Positions 1 through 47,950 of a stretch of DNA of 64,000 nucleotides are shown piece after piece. Made by a program: the position numbers and the translations under genes. The stretch is from Mytilus edulis. Taxonomy: Eukaryota. The notes under the pieces were generated by a model. It saw only the letters and a program-made list of their open reading frames with translations. It had not been told where the DNA came from and did no database searches. Location: positions 73,284,001-73,348,000 of the forward strand of contig NC_092352.1 of assembly GCF_963676685.1 (NCBI RefSeq). Direction: 5' to 3'. Within the stretch, counting starts at the first letter, position 1, and every line of letters starts with the position of its first letter.

Positions 1-10
1 TTAAATGCCC

Positions 11-776
11 TTAATGAGACCTCAACTTTTAAACACACTAAATGAGACCGCAACTTTTAAACACACTAAATGAGACCGCAACTTTTAAACACACTAAATG
101 AAATCGCAACTTTTAAACACACTAAATGAGACCGCAACTTTTCAGCACACTAAATGAGACTGCAACTTTTCAGCACACTAAATGAGACCGCAACTTTTCA
201 GCACACTAAATGAGACCGCAACTTTTAAACACACTAAATGAGACCGCAACTTTTAAACACACTAAATGAGACTGCAACTTTTCAGAACGCTAAATGAGAC
301 TGCAACTTTTCAGCACACTAAATGAGACCGCAACTTTTAACCACACGAAATGAGACTGCAACTTTTCAGCACACTAAATGAGACTGAAACTTTTCAGCAC
401 ACTAAATGAGACCGCAACTTTTAAACACACTAAATGAGACCGCAACTTTTAAACACACTAAATGAGACTGCAACTTTTAAACACACTAAATGAGACCGCA
501 ACTTTTCAGCACACTAAATGAGACTGCAACTTTTCAGCACACTAAATGAGACCGCAACTTTTAAACACACTAAATGAGACCGCAAAGTTTAAACACACTG
601 AATGAGACTGCAACTTTTCAGCACACTAAATGAGACTGCAACCTTTCAACACACTAAATGAGACTGCAACTTTTAAACACACTAAATGAGACCGCAACTT
701 TTAAACACACTGAATGAGACCGCAACTTTTAAACACACTAAATGAGACCGCAACTTTTAAACACACTAAATGAGAC
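11..776. repeat. 28-bp minisatellite, ~27 copies (TAAATGAGACYGCAACTTTTMARCACAC)
   Basis: Direct tandem periodicity of 28. Confidence 0.95.
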
Positions 777-992
777 AATTTTTCATGGAATTCAGGGGTA
801 TACTTAATCTATTTATTTATTTTCGTGGGTACCTATTTTTGTGGACTGAGGCAATGTGAGAAAAAAGGTATTTTGTGGATATTTGATTTTTTTTCTTTTT
901 CCAAATTCCAAAAAGAATCTTAAAGAAAATTTATACTTCATTGAAAATTTGTTCTCCTAAACCAATGAAATCCACAAAAATAGGTTTCCCTC

Positions 993-1175
993 AATTCGCC
1001 GTTTCAGAATCTAATGCATTCTGGGTAATATTTTCAAAAGTGTACACCAAAGCGACATGATTGGTTAAAAACGTCCCAAACAATTGAAATTCAACCAATG
1101 ACGTGACGTTATTTTCATTTTGGGGTACGAACAATAAAATTACCCATAGTTCTTGAGATTCTGAAACGGCCAATT
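993..1175. mobile_element. MITE
   Basis: Terminal inverted repeats aattcgccgtttcagaatct / agattctgaaacggccaatt. Confidence 0.7.
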
Positions 1176-1342
1176 AATAATGAATAGGTGGGTGAGCAAC
1201 AAATTGAAAAGTTCAACTAAGTACAAACTTGCTATAGGCTTGTATATAATTATGTAGACTTTGGCAAAATTAGGAAATCAAATATCTACAAAATTACATT
1301 TTTTCCTTTATCCAAAAAAACTGGTACCCACAGAAATAAATG

Positions 1343-1688
1343 GCCGTGGTGTAGTGGTTAGTGCATCAGACTACTAACACAAAGGTTCCTGGTTCGATTC
1401 CCGTCTGGAATGAAAATTTCAGGGACTGAATTTTCGGCTCTCCCTTGACACCATTTGCGAGTATGGTCTTGAGGAAACGATGATAGTCCGTCTGATGGGG
1501 ACGATAAATGGCTGACCCGTGTTAAGAGAGAGCCATATCTCTTGCACGTTAAAGACACCCCTGTAGATATTGAAAAAGAGCAGGCTAATGCCGCTACAAG
1601 GCAGCACTCGCACCCTCAAAGTGGAAAGGGATTAATATAAGTTGAAAAACTTGTTTCCCAATCCACTATAAATAAATATGTTTAAACT
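1343..1688 (+). mobile_element. tRNA-derived SINE with Deu/Nin-like central domain
   Basis: A box (tgtagtggttag) and B box (ggttcgattcc); central gatggggacgataaa..cccgtgt..gcacgttaaagac; 8-bp TSD aataaatg (1335-1342 / 1689-1696); inserted in the right TIR of an older MITE (~800-1706); second copy at ~38041-38387. Confidence 0.85.
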
Positions 1689-2692
1689 AATAAATGAATC
1701 CACAGTTTACATTTTTTTCAGCATTATATTTCTTGAATATCTCACAATTTGGATGCATTTTCATAAACTTTTCATAGAAAAGAAACACATTTTGATTGTT
1801 TTGTTTTGTTACTGATATTTGCCCTACAAATTATTCATAATGCAGGCAATACTCACAATTAAAAAAGGGGTGGGGGGGGGGGAGAAGATATTAGAGATCT
1901 ATTCAAAACCCCAAGCTGAAGGAAAACAAAAATCTATGGCCAAGTGGAAATGAAAAAAAGACAAAACAACAGTCCAAAAAAACACTACACCGTAAACAAC
2001 TAAGTAAACTAAAGATTAAGCAACATGTACTAAAAAAAAAAAAAAAAAAAAAAAAAAATGGGGGTGAACTGCTCCACAAGGAGTTCCTGTCCTGTTGCTA
2101 TTGTAAGTATAAATCTGGTTTGAATTGAAACAGAAGAAGTTTTTAATTCATTTTAATCAGTATTATTGAAAATGTGATTTCAATTTTGGATTTTAACTGG
2201 GTTTTCAAAGAAAAATCTGGTTATTAGTTTGGTGAAGTACAGCTGGAGGGTGATGGGTTGCTGGCTGTCAAAAGTTTCTATGCAATAACTTATGAACCGT
2301 TCAACTAATGCTTTTTCAAATTAAATATGTTGATAGTGATGACAAATGGAGATCAATATTGATATTGACGATTTTCACTTTTACCGTTCAGGAGTTATGG
2401 TCCAAATGACACTTAAAGTCATTTCTCTTCAATAACACATAAACACTCCTACCGATGTTTTTCAAATTATTATATGTTGTTACTGATGACAAAATGGTGA
2501 TCAAGAGTGATATTGACAATTTTCACTTTTACCATTCAGGAGTTATGGTCCTTGATAAATTAGAAAATAAACATAGAATGTGGCAGGTCAAAAAAGCCTG
2601 AAAGCACCTGAAAAATACAGAAAACCCTGTTTGCTGTCAATTTGACAGCTTATTCCTTGTTAAAACTAACTTTGCTTTAAACAAGAAGATAG

Positions 2693-40060
<37,368 letters not shown>

Positions 40061-41018
40061 CACTAAGAAGTATGTTAATCTAAGAGTCAGGTATTATAGA
40101 TCTAAGAAGATGTGGTCTGAGTGTTAATGAGACAACTCTCCATCCAAGTCACAACCTGTAAAAGAAATCTGTTATAGGTCAAAGTACTGTCTTCAACAGG
40201 GTGCCTTGACCGACATGTTATATTTTTTGAAGGGTTTTCAGTATAAACACAAAGCTTGACATTTTACGCTACTTAATGAAATATTGTGAAGTTGTATTGC
40301 AAGTTATGAATAATTACAATGATCAAACATTATTATAAAAAAAGACATTTACTGCAAAAATACATGGTTAATAACCTTGTTAAAATCTGACCAGATATCT
40401 CTAGGATTTTATGATATCACTGATGTCACAAAATAGTTTAACTAAGCCGAAAAACCGACTTTTTCTTGTTCAATACATGCATTTAAAGTTATAAACTTGT
40501 GTCTTCAAGTTTCAGATATTATTACATGTACATCAATTTTTCATTTTGTTTGAAAGAAATTTTTAACAGTATTCAATTAAAAACAAATATGGCTACAAAT
40601 GATATGTTATGACATTTTTATGTCCATTTCTAATTGTATGAAACTAACATTTACGCCTATATAATGGTGACAGAGTATTATATAAATAATGATCACTGAA
40701 CATAAATTAAAAAAACATAAAACAAAAATTATGGACATTGTTATTCTTTGATTTTGATATGCACAACTTTTATTAACTTCCTAGCAGCTTTAGTTGATAT
40801 ATCCATTTTTCATTTCAGATGTAATATCTGTGTTTTTTTAATTCTGAAGACTGGATTTCTTTATATAGAACAAACAATAGCAAAATATCATTGAAAGGAC
40901 CTGAATATCTGCTTATGATTATGGTAGAACTACAAGACTGCATTATTTGAAGAACAATTAGAAACATTATTTATATATAATTTGCTAATGTATTTATTGA
41001 TGTCACTTTTATCAAAAG

Positions 41019-41024
41019 AATAAA
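41019..41024 (+). terminator. Candidate polyadenylation signal of TBCD
   Basis: AATAAA ~200 nt after a candidate 3'UTR acceptor at 40818; GT/T-rich sequence downstream. Confidence 0.35.
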
Positions 41025-41566
41025 ACCAATATGCCATAACATCTTATCCTTGTAATTATGTAACTAAAACTATGCATGAAATGCAATAAGAGTTGTCCCT
41101 TTGCATGTTTCTCTGTGCTTTTTTTTATATTTTTTTCATAAGATATTAAGACAACTCAGACTGCACTGAATATTTCTTTTTCTCTTTTGTCAGTTTTTTT
41201 TGAAAAATATATTAAACATTTAAAATGTCATGAAAAGTGTTAGCAGAGCTGGTAAAGCAGTAACACAGCTTTGCTTTCTTATTATTTTATAATGAGGATG
41301 ATTGACATCGTATTTCTTAAATGAAGTAATTAGTATATTTCAATGAAAAATAAGAATATTTCTGTATTACTTTCTGATATATATGCTTTCAAATAAAGGA
41401 ATTGCAAAGATTAAAGAAGTTAAATGATGTTCTTCCCTAATTTTGTTAAAAATTTGGTACAAAGAGGATAAAAATGGGTGATTCTTTTTCAAAATTTTGT
41501 TTAAAATCTGGCGCCAAATAGAAAAAAAGTTGTATGATGGTTTTTCCAAAATGTTGTTCCATTTGA

Positions 41567-41822
41567 AAGGGGGTCGAAAGATACCAAAGGGACAGTCAAA
41601 CTCACAAATCTAAAACAAACTGACAACGCCATGGCTAAAAATGAAAAAGACAAACAAACAACTGCACACATGACACAACATAGAAAACTAAGAATAAACA
41701 ACACGAACCCCACTAAAAAACTAGGGGTGATCTCAGGTGCTCAGGAAGGGTAGGCAGATCCTGCTTCAAGTGTTGCTTCTGTGATAACAGATCTGGTAAA
41801 TAGTCTAATTCGGTAGGTCACA
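41567..41822 (+). repeat. High-copy interspersed repeat (ggggtgatctcaggtgctc..gaagggtaggcagatcctgct), unclassified
   Basis: Degenerate relatives at ~1890-2120 and ~5650-5850; interrupts a degenerate ~55-60-bp tandem repeat (41420-41990). Confidence 0.6.
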
Positions 41823-42264
41823 ATGTAGCATAAAAGAGAAAAAAAGTTGGATGCTGTTCTTACATAATTTTGTTCCAAATCTGACATCAAAGAAGAAAAA
41901 AGTTGTATGCTGTTCTTTCAAAATTTTGTTCCTAATCTGTTGCCAAAGACTGAGGAAAGAAGTTGGATGATGTTCTTCCAAATTTTTGTTTTTTTATCTT
42001 CTCTAAGGGACATGGACTTACGTACATGTACTTTAATTTCACGACTTAACCTACAGTTTATTTGGCTTAGCGGTAGTATGAACAATCCAGAGAGATTGCG
42101 TGTTCAAACCTCTTTGCTGGGCGTCAAAGAGTCAGCTTCTGTACTAAACTCAACTTAACTTTACTTTCAATTTCAATTAAAACAACTAAAATTCATGCCA
42201 AAGTCTAGTGAAGAAAACTATGCTTTTTGTTATGAATTTAGGTGCCTAACTGCCACCCCTTTTT

Positions 42265-42360
42265 AGCTCACCTGGCCCAAAGGGCCAAGTGAGCTTTTCT
42301 TATCACTTTGCATCCGGCGTCGTTAACTTTTACTAAAATCTTCTCCTCTGAAACTACTGG
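42265..42360 (+). mobile_element. Truncated 5' end of the HINE-like family
   Basis: agctcacctggcccaaagggccaagtgagc...ctgaaactactgg. Confidence 0.75.
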
Positions 42361-43643
42361 TCTATATTGTTCTTTGTTACATTGATTATTCCTTCAATTG
42401 TTTTTGTGAACTTCAAATTTACATGATAGTTAATTGCTACGTATAAAAAGAAAAATGTTAACATTTCAATGCATATGTGAGGGGAGTGAATAAAAAATAT
42501 GTCATAATTGGTCAAATTATCTACCATGAAACTGACTTGCCCTTTTTATACACATGTTCAACATGTGTTTTACCTATTAAATCATCAGACAGACAGACAG
42601 ACAGAGTTCGGTATTTAATTTTCTGCTTACATTATATATTATAACCAAGATTCAATTTAAAATAAAAGTCAATTGATGGATTCAAAATGATTCAAAATTG
42701 AAGGTGTACATGGCTGTCTGATAGGAATTATTTGAAATTGACCGAGTACTCATATTACTTTATAATGATTTGTCTCGGTTACAATTTTATCATGACCCGT
42801 CATCTTTAATTTAGAGACTTGTAGCATAAAATTAAAGAATAATCAGTAAAGCAGACAAGTTAATACAGTTTTTAAAATTCTGAGAACTTTCATTTGTATT
42901 TAATATACTAATACAGCTAATTACAATTAGTAAGCCCAAAAATTATAATATATACTTTATAGTTTTGCCCTTTACGTCATGTATATTAGAACTACCGGTG
43001 AGTATTCAATAATTTTTCGTAGGTAGAAATATTTATGATTTGAAGGAATTGCCTTTTCCTTGATCACGTTATTTTACGAAAGATATCATATATAAGCTAA
43101 GAAGAAATTCATATGGCATTTTAAATTCAAAATTCTTATTCATTTCATCCATGTTATCTATGAAAATTGGTACCAAAGGAATACTACTTAATACTCAATA
43201 TTTAAGGCTTCTATCTTCACAAATAATCTTTATTTGCTGACATCCAGTATTTTTAATTACAATTGCTACTGTTATGAGGGTCTGTATTGGGTTAAAGGAA
43301 TATAGAATTGTGGGCAAAAAATGCAAAATAGAGAAAAATATTCCACAATACTAAAGAATAGAGAATAGCCTGAATGAAGGGGAACTGAAATATAAAGAAT
43401 ATAGAATAAATGTCCAAATATATATAGAATAAAGGTCCAAATATATATAAAGTAGAGTAAAATGGTCTTAAATGTTAAAAAATAAAGGATCCCTAATTCA
43501 TACCCTCTGTCATAACAATCTATATTGGCTGGTAATTTACTTGTCACATATAACTTAAAACTAATCTACATTTTTTAATTCAGGTGCCCTTTATAGTTGT
43601 ATTTGCAAGTAATATAATTAGAACAGTTATTTATTCATTTCTT

Positions 43644-45329
43644 CTATTCGTAAGATAGATTAAACTTTGATAAGAGAACGCACATGTTGTCGCAAACAAA
43701 ACCATAGGATTCATCCTTTTGATAACAAATAAAATGCATGTCCTCCAATCCATCCTCTTTTCCCAGCACTACTTTACTAATCTTCCCATCTATTGATATT
43801 GCTATTATTCTATCAGAGCAATAATCTGCTACAAGAATATTACTGAAAGTATCAATACAAAGACCTTGTGGTCCGTCTAAATCCTGTTTATACTCCCAGA
43901 CAATTCTACCTGAATCTTCATAACAGTATACTGCTTTACCAGTATAGTCACTAAAGATTACTCTGTCATTAAAATAAACAAGATTATACAGGTGTGATTC
44001 ACTCTGAACGTGTATTGACTTTAGAGTATTTCCGTCCATGTCTATAATACGGATTTCACGATTTCTTAAACCCACAGCAAGGGTATCGTTGAAGCATGAT
44101 AAACCATAGCATGCTACCGGTTTATCTAATGTGATAACTTTGGTAACGGTTTCATTCTTCATATTGAAGACCTTAATCTCCTTCTCTTTAGGATAACTCA
44201 TAGCAATAGCGTCCTGGTTGATCTGTGTAACACTCCAGGGTCCACTTGCTATTGGTAATAGTTTCTGAAGTTTGCCATCAGTAGAAAGTAGGTTAACTTT
44301 ACCACTCTGTTCAACTACTATAAATCTCCCATCCATCAGACAAATCATGTCATTAATATACTTCCCAAGGTTGATTTTCATCTTTGTTTCAATATTCATT
44401 TGCATGGTCTTTATATTGGATTGTTCTTGTAATGCAACTTGTGGTTCCATATTCACACTCGTTTCTCTCTTCAATGCTAGTTTAGTTTCAACAATATTTA
44501 CCTCTCCAAAGGACTTTATTGATCTTAATTCCCTGAGTATTTTTTCTATCTTATCATTTTGCTTTAATTTGATTTCAACTTCCCTTGCCATCTCATTGTG
44601 TTCAATATCTACATCATATCGATGTAGATGTACTATTCGCTCAATCTGGTGCATCCCTAGAAATGACTGGAGTTTGGAACTTTTTTCTGTGACTGTCTGC
44701 AAATCATGTTGTATGTCCTTTAAGTTTTTCTTTTTTTCTTCAATTTCAGTTATTAATTCTGTTAAATTTGATTTTTCCTTACTCCATTTGGTATCTGCTT
44801 CTTTGTATAGCTTTATCTCTAGATGCTCTAAATGCTTATTAATTTCTTGTCGAATTTTACCAATGGATTCCTTTATGCCTTTATGTTGCTGATCTGCTTT
44901 CATTCTGTTTTTTGATTTTTCAATTCCCATTTTATTCAAGAAAAGTAAGATGGAGGTGATATCTTTTTCTACAGAAGCTTTTGATTGTTCTATATTGGCT
45001 TTCTCCACTACACTCGCTAAAGTTTGTATTCCAGTGCATTTTGAATGATGATTAGCAATACATTCATTACAGCAAGGTATTAAATGACTGGGGCAGTACG
45101 ACTTAAATTGTTGATTATGTTTGTTACATTCTGTTTTGATGGTGTCAATCGGAGATTTATAGCTTTCAATATCGATCGTCTTGTGATCACCAGTTGGTTT
45201 AAATCTTTTGTGTTGATCTGAACATGTTGAGCATAATCCTTCATGACAGTTGATACACCAGATATCAGCTTTAGTATTTGCATTTCCTCTTTCACAAGGT
45301 CCACATTGTACAGATGTACTTGATGCCAT
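43644..45329 (-). CDS. TRIM-like protein: two B-box zinc fingers, coiled coil, C-terminal NHL/beta-propeller; no RING
   Basis: 561-aa uninterrupted ORF; CGPC..WCINCHEGLCSTCSDQH..H and CNKH..YCPSHLIPCCNEC..H B-boxes; helical K/E-rich middle; NHL-like GPQGLCIDTFSNILVADYCSDRI; splice acceptor 3 nt before the ATG (AG at 45334-45333). Confidence 0.88.
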   Translation of the reverse strand: MASSTSVQCGPCERGNANTKADIWCINCHEGLCSTCSDQHKRFKPTGDHKTIDIESYKSPIDTIKTECNKHNQQFKSYCPSHLIPCCNECIANHHSKCTGIQTLASVVEKANIEQSKASVEKDITSILLFLNKMGIEKSKNRMKADQQHKGIKESIGKIRQEINKHLEHLEIKLYKEADTKWSKEKSNLTELITEIEEKKKNLKDIQHDLQTVTEKSSKLQSFLGMHQIERIVHLHRYDVDIEHNEMAREVEIKLKQNDKIEKILRELRSIKSFGEVNIVETKLALKRETSVNMEPQVALQEQSNIKTMQMNIETKMKINLGKYINDMICLMDGRFIVVEQSGKVNLLSTDGKLQKLLPIASGPWSVTQINQDAIAMSYPKEKEIKVFNMKNETVTKVITLDKPVACYGLSCFNDTLAVGLRNREIRIIDMDGNTLKSIHVQSESHLYNLVYFNDRVIFSDYTGKAVYCYEDSGRIVWEYKQDLDGPQGLCIDTFSNILVADYCSDRIIAISIDGKISKVVLGKEDGLEDMHFICYQKDESYGFVCDNMCVLLSKFNLSYE

Positions 45330-46791
45330 GACCTAAGCATAAAAATAAATCGCGTCTGTAATGATCTTAACATATCATTGAATACAAAAAAGTAAAGACA
45401 TGTGGTACATGTACGATTACCTATATCAGACGACAATCAATATAAAACAAAGATGGAACAATTAATTATGGAGAGCCAAAGTGTTCAAATTACAAAATTG
45501 CATTCCTTAAAATATAAATAGTTATCTCCGTAATTTGAAATTCTAATTTAGCAACTTTTAGTTTGTAAAGGTACCACCGGGTCATTTGAATGTAAAAATT
45601 AATGCTCTTCAACATCGATGGTTACATGTTTAACCCCGCTACATTCCGCTGTTTGTATGTGTCTGTCCCAAGTCTGAAGCATGTAATTCATAGGTTGTCG
45701 TTTGTTGATGAGTTACATATATTTGTTTTTTGTTCAATTTTTGTACAGTAAATTAGGCCGTTAGTGTTCTCGTCTCAATTGTTTTACATTTGTCATTTCG
45801 GGGCCTTTTGTAACTGACTGCGGTATGGGGATTTGCTCATTTTTAGAGGCCGTACGGTGACCTATAGCTGTTAATTTCTCTGTCATTTGGTATTTGTGGA
45901 GAGTTGTCTCATTGGCAATCATACCACATCTTCTTTTTTTTATGTATATATCAGAAATATAATGCCATTTGTTACAAGTAAGTGCCATCAAGGTTAACAT
46001 GTTTTAAATATGTGAGACCTATGTTGCAAGTCATAAGAACTTCAACTCATTATCTGTTCAAATAACGGTCTACATCACGTTTATCAATAAATGGCTTCGA
46101 CCACCACACAAATTGGAAATGAAAAAAAAATTCAAATGAAAACAAGACTGGCCTGTGCTTTTTTTTGTAAATTACCAATAAAGGCAACAGTAGTATACAA
46201 CTGTTCCAAAGTCATAAATCGATTAAGCGAAAAAAATATCCGGGTTTGAAACTTAAACCGAGGATAACACGTACATCATCTTAAACAACAGAACAACTGC
46301 AACAAAACTAAACGCCAATTAACATAGAAACGGACTATCTGATGGCAACTGTCATTTTTGTACTTGGTACAGGACATTGTAAGACAAAAATAGTGGATTG
46401 AATCTGGTTGCATGGCTAGCAAAACTTCCCGCTTATATGGCAATGTTGAAAATATCGCTAAAATATGATGAAAACATTACGTGACAGGAATATATTTCAA
46501 ATAAACGTATGTAGAAATATTATTACTTTACTTTGAATTTCTTTAAAATTTGTGATTACCCAAAAAGGGACAAAACAGATGTCAAATTGCAAAGTCATAT
46601 TTCACCTATCGTCTGTAAAAGACCGAATGATCGATTCAAAATAAACTTCAGAAATTGGTTTCTAACGTACTGAACAAGCTAGATGCAAACATTTGAAGTA
46701 AATAAAGGTAATGATTTTATTTTTTATCTATCTATTACAAGATTAACGTGTATCACCCGAGGAGATGAAAGTCTATAAAAATTGTACTTAC

Positions 46792-46870
46792 CTCTCAAAT
46801 ATCGCTGCTTTTTAGCAAGTATTGTTCCTTTATTTGTTCACAATTTCAGCCTACCAGGAAGTGAATCAGA
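46792..46870 (-). other. Candidate non-coding first exon / promoter of the TRIM-like gene
   Basis: Consensus donor GAG|GTAAGT on - strand at 46792/46791, ETS-like CAGGAAGTG at ~46855, and an unmatched acceptor just before the TRIM ATG; 5' boundary is a guess. Confidence 0.4.
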
Positions 46871-47950
46871 GCATGTTTATACCTGATCAATATTAACGTA
46901 AACAGGTAAAGATTTAACTGACATTTACTATTTTTTTGTTTTTAACTTTCAGAAAATATGATATGTATCAATGATACCCTTTCTTTTGTAGAGGGATTTA
47001 AATCTATTTATAAAAGAACGTCTTAAAATTTTCATATATGTTATAAATATGGACTAGATTTCTTATTTTTAAATGACGATGGTAATTATACACAACGCAA
47101 TGAATTCAAGGAATGTGTATTTCTTTTGACATGATGTTAATCTGTTTAATCATCAATCTGCAAATTTTCACCAGGATTGTATTTTTTTTTTTAATTTTCG
47201 TTCGTTTTATTCAGGATTTCCATTGATCAAAACTGCAGTAAATGGTATATTTACGGTAGCCTAACAGCATGAAAACTAGTAGAACAAAAAATATAATACT
47301 GGATGACACGCCGCCCAGGATAAAAAGGTGTCAATCGGCTGTTGTCAAGGACACAACACCGATTTTATCAGGTGTCTCAAGGATCATCTTAAATGATGTT
47401 ATATTTAATGCGTTTCCCTCAGTTTTAGTTCACGGTTACCCCGATTTTGTTTATTGTCCATAGATTTATGAGTTTTGAACAGCGGTATACTACTGTTGCC
47501 TTTATTTATATTTGTCTTTAATCAGACTAATCAGAATAGAGGGACCATAATAGTCAAAGGAAACTTGATTTTAAAGTTAAAGAACCTTAGTGAGCGCGTT
47601 CACATACCCAAAAAAACAAAATAACTCTAAGAAAAAAAAAAACATAATTTTCTATCGATATGCACATCTACATAGTATGTCCTTATTATCTGAAAGGTTT
47701 CATGAAATTCTGTTGTGAGGTTTCAGAGGGTTTTTTATGACAAACAGTTGCAGTAGTAAATTGAGGCAAATAAGTTAAAATGGGGGTAACTCCTAGATGA
47801 AAACATGAATCATAATTTCCGGTCGATATGCACATTTACATAGTATGTCCTAATATCTACCAAGTTTCATGAAATTCTGTTGTGTGGTCTGTTTCCGAGG
47901 AGTTGCGATGACAAAAAAGGACTGACGGACTGACTGGTCAAAAACATTAT

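Noticed and set aside
11-776. CRISPR array (also considered for the 60-bp array)
   Set aside because: Head-to-tail repeats without unique spacers, no cas genes, eukaryotic context.
1343-1410. tRNA gene
   Set aside because: Has A/B boxes but continues into a ~270-bp body with A-rich tail and TSD, and a second copy exists at ~38041-38387: a SINE head, not a tRNA.
44272-44892. 206-aa antisense ORF
   Set aside because: Shadow of the TRIM-like CDS with a non-ATG start; no independent evidence.
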